Shown here: positions 1 to 9,902 of the stretch, one piece after another
Layout: each line of letters begins with the position of its first letter
How positions within the stretch are numbered: the first letter of the stretch is position 1
From: Alphaproteobacteria bacterium
GTDB taxonomy: Bacteria; Pseudomonadota; Alphaproteobacteria; Rhizobiales; Beijerinckiaceae
Assembly: GCA_009921785.1 (NCBI GenBank)
Contig: RFXE01000001.1
Location: 1-28,555, forward strand
DNA length: 28,555 nucleotides
Reading direction: 5' to 3'
Notes under the pieces: generated by a model
Told to the model about the DNA's origin: nothing
Seen by the model: only the letters and a program-made list of their open reading frames with translations
Database searches by the model: none
Made by a program: the position numbers and the translations under genes

Positions 1-426
1 TTTGCGATCAGGCTCGATGAACAATGATACGCGAATGCCCGCTGCTGCCAACTCCGCAATATAGGGCTTCAAATGATTATGTTGGCCGACAACGTCGAGC
101 CCACCTTCGGTCGTGCGCTCTTGACGCTTTTCCGGCACAAGACAGGCAGCATGAGGTTTTACACGCAGCGCGATTGCCTTCATCTCTTCCGTCGCGGCCA
201 TTTCAAAATTCAACGGCTTCGTCAATTCAAGCTTCAACCGCGCCATATCTTCATCGCGAATATGGCGACGATCTTCGCGCAAATGCGCGGTAATACCGTC
301 AACGCCCGTTTCAACCGCCATCAACGCCGCGCGAACCGGATCGGGATTATTCCCGCCTCGCGCATTCCGAATGGTCGCGACGTGATCGATATTCAAACCA
401 AGACGAATGGGCGGAAGAAGTGACAT
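1..426 (-). CDS. pdxJ: Pyridoxine 5'-phosphate synthase, N-terminal 142 codons (runs off the left edge)
   Basis: Hand translation of the minus strand from ATG at 426 gives [34 protein letters not shown]...[17 protein letters not shown]...NFEMAAT...[18 protein letters not shown], which carries the PdxJ signature motifs. It follows pyrE, as in the usual alphaproteobacterial gene order. Not in the ORF track. Confidence 0.96.
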   Translation of the reverse strand, partial: MSLLPPIRLGLNIDHVATIRNARGGNNPDPVRAALMAVETGVDGITAHLREDRRHIRDEDMARLKLELTKPLNFEMAATEEMKAIALRVKPHAACLVPEKRQERTTEGGLDVVGQHNHLKPYIAELAAAGIRVSLFIEPDRK

Positions 427-432
427 TGGTGT

Positions 433-1017
433 TTAGGCCTTCAGCGCCCGGCTCCCGGGCTTGATCGGAGGAATGGCTGCCAATTCAGGCGGAAGTTGGT
501 CGGCAGGATAAGTGGGAATATCGAGCGTCGCTAAGGCGACATAAGGAATACCAAGATCGGCCTTACCGGCTGAACGGTCAATCAAACAGGCTTCGCCAAC
601 CAAATTCTTTGTGAGTGCAGAAATCGACTCGATACATTCACGTGATGACAAACCAGTTGTGATGATATCTTCAACAATCAAGACTTTCGCTTCATCGGGA
701 ATGGTGAAGCCCCGGCGCAATTGAAAGCGCCCCTCTTCACGCTCAACGAAAATCGCTTTCGCACCGAGATGACGCGCTGTCTCATAACCCGGCACAATGC
801 CGCCCACCGCAGGCGATACAACAACATCGATTTTGCCAAAGCGGTCTTCAATCTTTTTGGCTAACGCGCGGCATAAACGCTCGGTCCGAATGGGATCCTG
901 AAAGATAAACATCTTTTGCAAGAATACGGGGCTTCTCAAGCCCGACGACAGAATGAAATGGCCTTCGAGCAACGCGCCCGCCGCGCGGAATTCGGCAAGA
1001 ACCTCATCTTCTTTCAT
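433..1017 (-). CDS. pyrE: Orotate phosphoribosyltransferase
   Basis: [14 protein letters not shown] motif and PRPP-binding motif [13 protein letters not shown]; spoT-pyrE-pdxJ order. Confidence 0.95.
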   Translation of the reverse strand: MKEDEVLAEFRAAGALLEGHFILSSGLRSPVFLQKMFIFQDPIRTERLCRALAKKIEDRFGKIDVVVSPAVGGIVPGYETARHLGAKAIFVEREEGRFQLRRGFTIPDEAKVLIVEDIITTGLSSRECIESISALTKNLVGEACLIDRSAGKADLGIPYVALATLDIPTYPADQLPPELAAIPPIKPGSRALKA

Positions 1018-1124
1018 AGCAATCAGCTCCTATCGGGCGGGCTTTCGTTCAATCGGCGCTCTCTAGCATGATTTTGGGGCCTTTCGACCCCCCGAAGCGC
1101 TTTTATCCCCGCTTCGTGAGCCGA

Positions 1125-3347
1125 TCAGCCATTCACACGTTGAACAGCGCTGATCACCGGCTTGGTCTTCAGCTGGCTGATGATCGAATTCAAATGCTTG
1201 AGATCCCACACTTCGAGATTGATCACCATTTCCCGATAATCAGCGGTCTTTCCGGCAATCGACATGGAATCAATATTCCCATCGCTTTCGCCGATCACTG
1301 TGGCCACCTGAGCCAAGGCCCCCGGCTCATTGATAACCGTGATATTCAACTGGGCCGGAAAACGTTGCGGATGCTGTTCATCAATATCCCAGCGCACATC
1401 GAGCCAGCGTTCAGGCTCGTCATCAAATGCGGTCAAAGCGGGAGACTGGATCGGATAGATCGTGATCCCGACACCGGGCGTAAGAATGCCAATGATCCGG
1501 TCGCCGGGCACGGCCCCGCCATTGGGCGCGAATTGTACCGGCAGATCACCGCCAATGCCGCGGATCGGAATCGCCCGGGACATGTCGCCGCCACCATCGC
1601 CTTCACTAGAGCCCGGCACTTTGAATACGAGGCCCTGCCCCCCTTTCACGCCAAACCAACCACCCTCAGCTAGATTAGCGCCTGCGCCTGCTGCCTGCTC
1701 TTCGCGATAATCCGGATAGACAGCCTTCACCACGTCGCCGGAATACATTTCTCCGCGGCCGACCGCCGCCAAAACATCTTCAAGAGTCGCGCGCGCAAGA
1801 CGGGGCAATGCGGCCTTCAAGCGCTCTTCGGAAAACTCTTTGCCGAACCGCTCGAAGGCGCGTTCGATAATCTTTTGTCCCAGGCCTGCATATTGCTTGC
1901 GAACTGCCGCACGAGTCGCGCGCCTTATCGCGGCGCGCGCTTTTCCGGTGACAACGATTTCTTCCCATGCTGAGGGCGGTGATTGCCCTTCAGCGCGGAC
2001 GATTTCAACTTCATCACCATTGCGCAAGGTGGACACCAAAGGCACGAGCACACCGTTCACCTTCGCGCCCACAGCCGTGTCACCGACATTGGTGTGAACG
2101 GCATAAGCAAAATCGATCGGCGTAGCGTTCTGCGGTAGGGCAATCAATTGACCCTTGGGCGTGAAACAGAAAACCTGATCATGAAAGAGTTCAAGTTTTG
2201 TATGTTCAAGAAATTCTTCAGCACTATCCCCTTCTGAAAGCGTCTCAAGCGTGCGTCTCAACCACGCATAGACATTGCTCTCGCTCGACTCTTTCGCGGA
2301 TGAGGGTAAGGCTCGTCCATCTTTATAAATCGCGTGAGCGGCGATGCCGTATTCCGCGATACGGTCCATATCTTCGGTACGAATTTGAAGTTCAACACGT
2401 TGTTTGCCCGGACCAACAACAGTTGTGTGGATCGACCGATAATCATTTTGTTTCGGTGTGGAGATATAATCTTTGAAGCGTCCAGGCACGACTTGCCATG
2501 TTGTATGCACAATGCCGAGCGTGGCGTAACAGGCCGCAAGCGTATCTACGACAACGCGGAACCCGAAAATATCCGAGAGCTGCTCGAAGGAAACCGATTT
2601 GCGTTCCATCTTTTTCCAGATTGAATAAGCGCGCTTCAACCGTCCTTTGACGCTCGCATGAATGCCTGATGTCGATAATTTTTGCGAAAGTTCTTTTTCA
2701 ATTCGCCCGATCACCGGTTCGCTTTTCTCGCTCAATTCTTCAAGGCGATTTTTAATCGCTTGATAGGCGTCTGGTGAAAAATGACGGAAGGCGAGATCCT
2801 CAAGCTCTTCGCGAAGATCTTGCATCCCCATGCGGCCCGCGAGCGGCGCATAAATATCAAGCGTCTCTTCAGCAATACGCGCGCGCTTGGCCTCGGCCAT
2901 GAATTGGAGCGTGCGCATATTGTGAAGGCGATCAGCGAGTTTGATCAAAAGCACGCGCACATCATCGGCAATCGCCAAAAGGAGCTTGCGCAGATTTTCA
3001 GCTTGTGCGGCTTTTTTGGAAACGAGATCGAGTTTTTGAATCTTTGTCAGGCCTTCGACAAGATGACCAATCTCTGCCCCGAACAGCCGATCAATTTCCT
3101 CGCGCGTCGTTTCCGTATCTTCAATCGTGTCATGCAACAAAGCCGCGACGATGGTCGCGTCATCTAGCTTCAGATCGGTCAGAATGGCTGCGACTTCGAG
3201 CGGGTGCGAAATATAGGGCGCACCGGAAGCCCGTTTCTGATGGCCATGAGCGCGCATCGCATAGACATAGGCGCGGTTGAGCAGTGCCTCATCCGTTTGC
3301 GGATTATAGGCTTTGACCTTCTCGACAAGCTCGTATTGTCGCATCAT
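1125..3347 (-). CDS. spoT: Bifunctional (p)ppGpp synthetase/hydrolase (long RSH)
   Basis: HD motif ALLHDTIEDT; synthetase motifs KGRLKRAYSI, DIFGFRVVV, KDYISTPKQNDYRSIHT, ELQIRT; TGS domain ATPIDFAYAVHT; C-terminal ACT domain. Confidence 0.97.
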   Translation of the reverse strand: MMRQYELVEKVKAYNPQTDEALLNRAYVYAMRAHGHQKRASGAPYISHPLEVAAILTDLKLDDATIVAALLHDTIEDTETTREEIDRLFGAEIGHLVEGLTKIQKLDLVSKKAAQAENLRKLLLAIADDVRVLLIKLADRLHNMRTLQFMAEAKRARIAEETLDIYAPLAGRMGMQDLREELEDLAFRHFSPDAYQAIKNRLEELSEKSEPVIGRIEKELSQKLSTSGIHASVKGRLKRAYSIWKKMERKSVSFEQLSDIFGFRVVVDTLAACYATLGIVHTTWQVVPGRFKDYISTPKQNDYRSIHTTVVGPGKQRVELQIRTEDMDRIAEYGIAAHAIYKDGRALPSSAKESSESNVYAWLRRTLETLSEGDSAEEFLEHTKLELFHDQVFCFTPKGQLIALPQNATPIDFAYAVHTNVGDTAVGAKVNGVLVPLVSTLRNGDEVEIVRAEGQSPPSAWEEIVVTGKARAAIRRATRAAVRKQYAGLGQKIIERAFERFGKEFSEERLKAALPRLARATLEDVLAAVGRGEMYSGDVVKAVYPDYREEQAAGAGANLAEGGWFGVKGGQGLVFKVPGSSEGDGGGDMSRAIPIRGIGGDLPVQFAPNGGAVPGDRIIGILTPGVGITIYPIQSPALTAFDDEPERWLDVRWDIDEQHPQRFPAQLNITVINEPGALAQVATVIGESDGNIDSMSIAGKTADYREMVINLEVWDLKHLNSIISQLKTKPVISAVQRVNG

Positions 3348-3464
3348 GACGCGGTCATAGTCTCCCCAGGCACAAATCCGCTAAAGATGAGGAAGCGGAC
3401 CCCGAAACTATCGCGATTTAGACGCCACTTCGCAAGGGATGACCAAGAAACAGCGTTAAGACAC

Positions 3465-3496
3465 AAAGAAAAAGCCCGGCGAAACGAGCCGGGCTT
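3465..3496 (-). terminator. Intrinsic terminator between rpoZ and spoT
   Basis: AAGCCCGGC-gaaacga-GCCGGGCTT 9-bp stem, followed on the minus strand by TTTCTTT. Confidence 0.75.
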
Positions 3497-3525
3497 GGAA
3501 TTTTCTTAACCGAAATGCGACGAGA

Positions 3526-3912
3526 TCAGTCCGCGTCGTCATCCGAGCCCGAAGGCGGCACAAGGCCATCAAGACCGCGCAACAGATCTTCTTCCGTCAT
3601 GCGATCAAATTCGACATTGGCGTCGTCATTGGCGGCAGGTGCAGCACCGATCATTGGCACAGCTTCCGCTTCCGGCTCGTCAACATCGACATGCTTCTGG
3701 AGCGAATGGATCAAATCTTCTTTGAGATCTTCAGGCGAAATCGTCGAGTCCGCAATTTCACGGAGCGCCACGACCGGGTTTTTATCACGATCACGATCGA
3801 TTGTGAGCGGCGATCCTGCCGAAATCATACGAGCGCGGTGGCTTGCGAGCAGAACGAGCTCGAAGCGGTTGTCTACTTTTTCGATGCAATCTTCAACGGT
3901 GACGCGAGCCAT
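3526..3912 (-). CDS. rpoZ: RNA polymerase omega subunit
   Basis: [28 protein letters not shown]...[12 protein letters not shown], the alphaproteobacterial omega with an acidic tail. Confidence 0.97.
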   Translation of the reverse strand: MARVTVEDCIEKVDNRFELVLLASHRARMISAGSPLTIDRDRDKNPVVALREIADSTISPEDLKEDLIHSLQKHVDVDEPEAEAVPMIGAAPAANDDANVEFDRMTEEDLLRGLDGLVPPSGSDDDAD

Positions 3913-4240
3913 GGACGCTCAGTCTCCTGTGCTGGCCGGAACGGGAATGAGGGCGTCTGATACACAGGCCAAGGGGTTCATGCAAGGTTTTCGGGAGAAC
4001 TTTCTCATAAATCTGCAAAATTGAGCGCCGAAAGCCCCAAATTAGACACAAATGGACGATTTTTTCCTTATGCCTTGACGAAAGATGAGGAAAATCCCTA
4101 AAAGAGCAACCAATAAGGAAGTTGGTTCTTATTCAATTTATTGCAGGTTGCGTCGCACGGCCCGTTGGCCGGACCTGGCGTTTTTGATCATTTATTGCAA
4201 CGGCTCTGACGGCGCTGAGCCATAGGAAAGAAAATAACCC

Positions 4241-4840
4241 ATGAGTTCAGGTGAACGCATCGCCCTTTTCATCGATGGTGCCAATCTCCATGCGACAGCA
4301 AAATCGCTGGGCTTCGATGTCGATTATCGGCGCTTGCTGAAAGAATTTCAGTCACGCGGAAATCTACTCCGCGCCTATTATTACACTGCCCTTGTTGAAG
4401 ATCAGGAATATTCATCGATCCGCCCGCTGATCGATTGGCTCGACTATAATGGCTTCCGTGTCGTCACAAAGCCCGCGAAGGAATATGTCGACTCGACGGG
4501 TCGCCGGAAAATGAAAGGCAATATGGACATCGAACTCGCCATCGATGCCTTGGAGCTTGCGCCCTTCATCAATCATGCCGTCATTTTTTCAGGCGATGGC
4601 GATTTCCGTTCGCTCGTTGAAGCCTTGCAGCGCAAGGGTTTGAAAGTGTCCGTTGTTTCGACCATCAATTCGCAGCCGCCTATGGTGGCCGATGAATTGC
4701 GCCGTCAGGCCGATGATTTCATCGATATCGTCAATCTCTTGCCGAAGATTGGGCGTGATACCCGCGAAGTGCCTGAACGTGCCCCGCGTGAAAAGCGTCC
4801 CGCGCGCGCGTCGGATGCCGTTGAACCGGCTGACGTCTGA
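4241..4840 (+). CDS. NYN domain protein (LabA/DUF88 family)
   Basis: LFIDGANL, KGNMDIELAIDA and FSGDGDFRSLV motifs; divergent from rpoZ, as is usual in this group. Confidence 0.92.
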   Translation: MSSGERIALFIDGANLHATAKSLGFDVDYRRLLKEFQSRGNLLRAYYYTALVEDQEYSSIRPLIDWLDYNGFRVVTKPAKEYVDSTGRRKMKGNMDIELAIDALELAPFINHAVIFSGDGDFRSLVEALQRKGLKVSVVSTINSQPPMVADELRRQADDFIDIVNLLPKIGRDTREVPERAPREKRPARASDAVEPADV

Positions 4841-4864
4841 GTTCTGTCGCGTATTAAACTGATT

Positions 4865-5509
4865 ATGGCCACAACGCTCGACCCGCCGCGGAATTGTAAA
4901 CTCTGTCCGCGGCTGGTCGCCTATAGATTATCGTCACGTCACGACAATCCCGACTGGCATAATGCGCCTGTCCCCTCTTTTGGTCCTGTTACGGCCAAAC
5001 TCTTGATCGTCGGCTTAGCCCCCGGCCTCAAAGGGGCGAACCGCACAGGCCGCCCCTTCACCGGCGATTATGCAGGTGATCTTCTCTACAGCACTTTGAT
5101 CAAATTCGGTTTTGCGCGCGGCGTGTTCGATGCGCGGCCCGATGATGGGCTGACGCTCATCGACGCACAGATCACCAATGCCGTGCGCTGCGTGCCCCCT
5201 GAGAACAAGCCTACACCGGCTGAAATCCGCACCTGCAGACCCTATCTCGAAAAAACCATCGACTCACTCAAAGGCCTGCACGCCATAGTGGCTCTCGGCC
5301 GTATCGCGCATGACGCCGTGATCAAAAGCTTCGGCGAGACTCTTTCCGCGCATCCCTTTGCGCATGGAGCAACGCATGAGCTCGATGGCCCGATGCTCTT
5401 CGACAGCTATCATTGCTCCCGCTACAATACGAATACGGGCGTTCTGACGAATGCCATGTTCGAAGCGGTTTTTGCGTCGGTTCGGGCCTATATCGACCGC
5501 AACGCCTGA
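4865..5509 (+). CDS. Uracil-DNA glycosylase (family 4/5-type, Fe-S cluster)
   Basis: CKLCPRL, GLAPGLKGANRTGRPFTGD, NAVRCVPPENKP and YHCSRYN motifs. Confidence 0.9.
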   Translation: MATTLDPPRNCKLCPRLVAYRLSSRHDNPDWHNAPVPSFGPVTAKLLIVGLAPGLKGANRTGRPFTGDYAGDLLYSTLIKFGFARGVFDARPDDGLTLIDAQITNAVRCVPPENKPTPAEIRTCRPYLEKTIDSLKGLHAIVALGRIAHDAVIKSFGETLSAHPFAHGATHELDGPMLFDSYHCSRYNTNTGVLTNAMFEAVFASVRAYIDRNA

Positions 5510-5668
5510 GTGCCTTTATGCAAGAATGCCAGAAAGCTTCGGCAGCGCGGCAAGGCGTAAACCCTCTTCACCAATGGACAGGAACGCGGTGAAAGCCTAA
5601 TAAATCTCGGTGTAGGGGCTAATCCCCACCTTATTTGACCTATCCTGATCCGAAGCATCCATTACCCC

Positions 5669-6599
5669 ATGCCAAGCCCGCGCCCGCCCCGTTTGATCGA
5701 GAATTTCGACCGGCTTTCCGTCGAGCGTGCGATTGCAGAATTGCGCGCGGGTCGTCCCATTCTCCTGATTGATGGCGACCGGTCCGGCTTGATCGCTTCA
5801 GCTGACAGCGCTGATTTGCGCATGCTCTCTGCGCTCTCCGCTCTCGCCGAAGGCAAGGCGCATCTCGTTCTAACTGAAAGGCGGTTGGCGCGCCTGGGCG
5901 TGCAACGCGAAAGTGCCGGCGCCTTGGCTCTGCCCCGGCTCGATGCCGAACGAATTCTTGCGCTTTCAACTAAGCCCGACGATTGAACATTATCGCAAAC
6001 AGGCCGCAACGAAACTCACTCTTGTCTCGCGCGCGCCCGTTCCGCTCGAAGGCGCGGAGCAAAGCGAATTCATCGTCTTTCGTGGTGGTGAAGGTTTGCG
6101 CGATCAAGTGGCCGTTAAGGTGGGTACGCCTGATGCCAATACCCCTGTGCTTGTACGGCTTCATTCTGCATGTCTCACGGGCGATCTCTTTGGTAGTCTC
6201 AAATGTGATTGCGGTGATCAATTGCGCGAAGCTGTGCGCATGATGGCCGCGCAAGGCGGTGGTTATCTTCTCTATCTCGATCAAGAAGGACGCGGCGCAG
6301 GATTGGCCAACAAAATCCGCGCTTACAAACTTCAAGATGAGGGCTTGGATACCTACGATGCCGATGCTGAATTAGGGCTGGGCATGGACCAACGTCATTT
6401 CGATTTTGCGGCCGCGATGCTTGAGGCATTGGGCGTGAACACAATAACGCTCATCACCAATAATCCCGACAAGATTGATGCGATGAAACGCGCAGGCATT
6501 GATGTCGTAGGACATCGGCGTCTCTTCGGACGTGAGAACCCGTCAAATCTACGTTATGTCGCGACAAAGCGCGAACGCGCGGGACATTTGTCCGAGTAA
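5669..6599 (+). pseudogene. ribA: GTP cyclohydrolase II (RibA) with degenerate RibB-like N-terminal domain, split by a frameshift near 5980-5986
   Basis: 5669-5986 encodes ERAIAELRAGRPILL, typical of the N-terminus of this fusion. The +1 frame to 6599 encodes an intact catalytic domain (RLHSACLTGDLFGSLKCDCGDQL, QEGRG, KIRAYKLQDEGLDT, LITNNPDK). The total length looks shorter than the full-length homologues I recall. Confidence 0.75.
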
Positions 6600-6637
6600 T
6601 AAAATTACAACTGATCAAAGAGCAACCGTAAACGCGC

Positions 6638-7060
6638 TCAATCGTCGCGATGAACGCGCTCGTTACGCTCGTGGCGCTCTTGCGCTTCAATCGAAAGCGT
6701 CGCGATGGGACGCGCATCAAGACGCTTGATCGAAATCGGTTCGCCCGTCTCTTCGCAATAGCCATATGTGCCATCATCAAGCCGCGCGAGAGCCGAGTCG
6801 ATCTTCGCAATCAATTTGCGCTGGCGATCCCGCGAACGAAGTTCAATCGAACGATCAGTTTCAGAAGACGCACGATCCGCGATGTCGGGATGGTTCTCGC
6901 TATCATTTTGAAGATTGGCGATGGTCTCGCGCGCCTCGCGCAAAATATCGTCTTTCCAGGCCAATAATTTCTTTCGGAAATATTGGCGCTGTCTTTCATT
7001 CATGAAGGGCTCGTCCTCGGACGGCCGATAGTCGTGGTCGAGCGTGACTGCGGTAGCCAT
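6638..7060 (-). CDS. dksA: RNA polymerase-binding factor DksA
   Basis: YRPSEDEPFMNERQ, DIADRASSETD coiled-coil tip and YGYCEETGEPISIKRLDARPIATLSIEAQE. Start placed at ATG 7060 (MATAV). Confidence 0.95.
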   Translation of the reverse strand: MATAVTLDHDYRPSEDEPFMNERQRQYFRKKLLAWKDDILREARETIANLQNDSENHPDIADRASSETDRSIELRSRDRQRKLIAKIDSALARLDDGTYGYCEETGEPISIKRLDARPIATLSIEAQERHERNERVHRDD

Positions 7061-7204
7061 TCTTTTACCCTGCCGCTTTGGCATCCCATCCACCCTTTCC
7101 GAGCTAAATCACCCGGACTGGTGATACGAACCCGTTAATCGCGTGTCTGTTAGCTAAAAAATTGCGACAGCGCTACGACAATCATCGAAGAGGCTGTGAA
7201 CAGC

Positions 7205-7612
7205 TCACCGGCCGCCTTTGGCAAGCTCAACCGCGGCCCGCACATCAATGGCACGCAAAATTTTGCCCGCTTCAGCATCAAGATCATGAGGCGACACCAT
7301 AGAAAGAGCGCCCGAGAGCTGCGAAAAACTCGTCTCTCCGAGCCTTCCAAGCACCATGTCGCGTTTTAGCGCCTCAAGCGCATCGAGAATGCCAACCCCG
7401 CGCCGGATCTGGCGGCGGCGGCGCTCAGAGGGTGTTTCGCCCTCATCTTGAAGAGTCAAAACAGCGCTGAGACCGATTGTCGCAATCGTCTTGGAAGGGG
7501 CATTTGGTGCTGATGCTTCTCCGCCAATCTCGAATCGGGCGGAGCCGCTCGCAGAAGCCGAGCGCGCGGTTCCGGATGTCACCGTCGATCCCGATGAGGT
7601 CGTGATCCGCAT
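7205..7612 (-). CDS. fliX: Flagellar assembly regulator FliX
   Basis: LSAVLTLQ, ERRRRQIRRGVGILDALEALK and C-terminal IDVRAAVELAK. Position between dksA and a divergent flgI matches Caulobacter/Bradyrhizobium. Start placed at ATG 7612. Confidence 0.85.
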   Translation of the reverse strand: MRITTSSGSTVTSGTARSASASGSARFEIGGEASAPNAPSKTIATIGLSAVLTLQDEGETPSERRRRQIRRGVGILDALEALKRDMVLGRLGETSFSQLSGALSMVSPHDLDAEAGKILRAIDVRAAVELAKGGR

Positions 7613-7659
7613 GACACGCGCTCCCTGAAAAAATCTAAGCTCCACTCTCGAAAAACAAG

Positions 7660-7675
7660 GTTAAATAAATCTTAA
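7660..7675 (-). promoter_or_regulatory. CtrA full binding site upstream of fliX
   Basis: The minus strand reads TTAA-GATTTAT-TTAAC, an exact TTAA-N7-TTAAC, about 50 bp upstream of the fliX start. fliX is a CtrA-activated class II gene in Caulobacter. Confidence 0.8.
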
Positions 7676-7789
7676 TCGCACGGCAAAACCTACCCAATTG
7701 AATTGAAAAACTTGCCCTATGAAAGAAGGCATCGCGCCGATCAATAAAATTTGATGCGTCATTTCAACGGTTTGTGATGGCTTCTCTGC

Positions 7790-7804
7790 TGGCATGCGGT
7801 TCGC
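7790..7804 (+). promoter_or_regulatory. Sigma54 (-24/-12) promoter for flgI
   Basis: TGGCATGCGGTTCGC has GG-N10-GC spacing and lies about 50 bp upstream of flgI, a sigma54 class III gene in Caulobacter. Confidence 0.65.
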
Positions 7805-7855
7805 TTTAGCAGAGGTGAGCCAATTTGAGCCTCTCAAGGCGCTGGAGAGACCCCC

Positions 7856-8980
7856 GTGCGGATGATGATCTTAAAAACGCTGACCCTCGCCTGCATGATC
7901 GGGATGATCTCTCCCAATCCGCTTCATGCGGAAACATCGCGCATCAAAGACCTCGCCTCCGTTGAAGGCGTGAGACAAAACCAGCTTGTTGGTTATGGCC
8001 TTGTTGTCGGGTTGAACGGGAGCGGCGATACGCTCAACAACGCGCCCTTCACGAAACAAAGTTTAACCGCAATGCTTGAACGCCTCGGCGTCAACACGCG
8101 CGGTGCGAATTTGCGCACAGCAAATGTCGCCGCCGTGATGGTGACCGCTGATCTTCCCGCATTCGGACGCAAAGGCTCACGCATTGATGTGACCGTATCG
8201 GCGCTTGGTGATGCTAAGAGTCTGCAAGGCGGAACATTGCTCGTTACACCGCTCATGGGCGCCACGGGCGAAATCTATGCCGTGGCGCAAGGCTCTGTCG
8301 CCATTGCTGGCTTTCAAGCCGAAGGCGCAGCTGCAAGTCTCACACGCGGCGTGCCGACAGTCGGACGCATTTCGAATGGCGCGCTGATTGAGCAAGAAAT
8401 CGATTATCAGTTCAAAGATACGCGTGTGGTGAGATTGGCCTTACGCAATCCTGATCTCACAACAGGTCGACGCATTGCCTTGGCTATCAATGAATTTATG
8501 GCAGCCCCCGCAGCCGAGCCAACCGATCCCTCAACCGTCAATCTCGCAATCCCGAAGAACTTCAAAGGCAATATGGTGCAATTGCTCACCGAGATCGAGC
8601 AATTGCGTGTTGATCCTGATCAAGTCGCGCGCGTTGTGATCGATGAGCGCACGGGCGTGATTGTTATGGGTAAAGATGTGCGCGTTTCGACGGTTGCGAT
8701 TGCACAAGGCAATCTCACCATCTCCATCACCGAACAACCGCTGGTTAGCCAGCCGGGACCGTTTACGGGTGATCAAGCGCAGACCGTTGTTGTACCACGC
8801 ACGACCATTCAAGTTGATCAAGGGCAGAACAATAAACTCGCCGTGCTCAAAGATAGTGTGACGCTGAAAGAATTGGTCGACGGATTAAATGCGCTGGGTA
8901 TCGGGCCGCGCGATATCATCTCGATCCTTCAAGCGATCAAAGCAGCCGGTGCCTTGCAAGCTGAAATCGAGGTGATGTGA
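7856..8980 (+). CDS. flgI: Flagellar P-ring protein
   Basis: Signal peptide followed by SRIKDLASVEGVRQNQLVGYGLVVGLNGSGD; C-terminal ILQAIKAAGALQAEI. GGAG lies 8 nt before GTG 7856. Confidence 0.97.
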   Translation: MRMMILKTLTLACMIGMISPNPLHAETSRIKDLASVEGVRQNQLVGYGLVVGLNGSGDTLNNAPFTKQSLTAMLERLGVNTRGANLRTANVAAVMVTADLPAFGRKGSRIDVTVSALGDAKSLQGGTLLVTPLMGATGEIYAVAQGSVAIAGFQAEGAAASLTRGVPTVGRISNGALIEQEIDYQFKDTRVVRLALRNPDLTTGRRIALAINEFMAAPAAEPTDPSTVNLAIPKNFKGNMVQLLTEIEQLRVDPDQVARVVIDERTGVIVMGKDVRVSTVAIAQGNLTISITEQPLVSQPGPFTGDQAQTVVVPRTTIQVDQGQNNKLAVLKDSVTLKELVDGLNALGIGPRDIISILQAIKAAGALQAEIEVM

Positions 8981-9279
8981 TGACGATTGCGCTTCTCGGA
9001 TCAGCACCGCTTCAAACAGAATTACAGAAATCAAATTCTAAACTCGCATCCCTTGCAGAAGACTTTGAAACAACATTTCTCGCATCAATGTTCGGGCAAA
9101 TGACATCGTTGCTCGATGGTGATGGCCCGCTCGGTGGACAAGGCGCAGGCGGTGATGCCTGGCGCGCCATGCTCACTGATGAATTGGCCAAAAGCGTATC
9201 CCGTTCCGGTGGCGTCGGCATCGCCCGTAGTGTTCATGCCGAACTCATAGCCCTCCAAGCTTCCGGAAACACACAATGA
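8977..9279 (+). CDS. flgJ: Single-domain FlgJ (rod-binding, no muramidase domain)
   Basis: AEDFETTFLASM, DAWRAMLTDELAKSVSRSGGVGIA; overlaps the flgI stop. Confidence 0.85.
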   Translation: MMTIALLGSAPLQTELQKSNSKLASLAEDFETTFLASMFGQMTSLLDGDGPLGGQGAGGDAWRAMLTDELAKSVSRSGGVGIARSVHAELIALQASGNTQ

Positions 9280-9767
9280 CACATCCGACTAAAAACTCTG
9301 TTCCGCTCACGCGGCCCGTAATCAATTCAGAAAGTGATGCTGAGGCCCTATGCAAGCTGGTTGAAGAACGGCTTGATGCGGTAGAAACGCTAATACGCGA
9401 AGAGACAGATCGCCTCGCTGAGGCACGGCTACGCGACGCTTTTGCACTTTTTGAAAAGAAAAGCCAGCTCACGGAAACCTATCATCGCGATGTATTGAAG
9501 CTTAAAGATAACGCCGTTGCACTTGCGCGATTTAAACCACAGGGACTCGATCGCCTAAAGGCGCGCCAATCCCGTTTTGAAGCAGCACTCGATGCCAATA
9601 TCAAAGTTTTGCAGACATTGAACAAGGCGTCGGAACATCTTATTCGCGGTCTTGCCCATGATGTCGAAGCGCCGCGCGCACTTGATGTCTATAATCGGAA
9701 TGGGAAAATGCCGGGACAAAATGCGTTAACGCGGGTTCAACCCCTGATCATTTCGCGCAAAAGCTAA
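9276..9767 (+). CDS. FlgN/FlbY-like flagellar export chaperone
   Basis: Helical 163-aa ORF overlapping the flgJ stop (LIREETDRL, KKSQLTETY, YNRNGK). The position after flgI-flgJ is that of FlbY/FlgN. Confidence 0.65.
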   Translation: MTHPTKNSVPLTRPVINSESDAEALCKLVEERLDAVETLIREETDRLAEARLRDAFALFEKKSQLTETYHRDVLKLKDNAVALARFKPQGLDRLKARQSRFEAALDANIKVLQTLNKASEHLIRGLAHDVEAPRALDVYNRNGKMPGQNALTRVQPLIISRKS

Positions 9768-9902
9768 GGCAAGAAATTTTCAATTCAAATTCTAACTGTA
9801 ATTGAGGGATATTTCATACGATTTTTTTGGAGATTAGAGCCTATAACGAAGGTCCCTTGGTCACTCTCTTAAGGATTGACTCGATCTTGAGGACTTGAGC
9901 CC

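Noticed and set aside
24-423. Plus-strand ORFs 24..293 and 73..423
   Set aside because: Antisense shadows of pdxJ, which is clearly encoded on the minus strand.
1068-3509. Several long plus-strand ORFs opposite spoT (e.g. 1068..1673, 2781..3167)
   Set aside because: Shadow frames of a strongly conserved minus-strand gene; no recognisable motifs.
5510-5668. Possible FMN riboswitch upstream of ribA
   Set aside because: The conserved RFN motifs (GGGCAGGGTGAAATTCCC…AGCAGA…GTCCGGATGGGAG) are absent.
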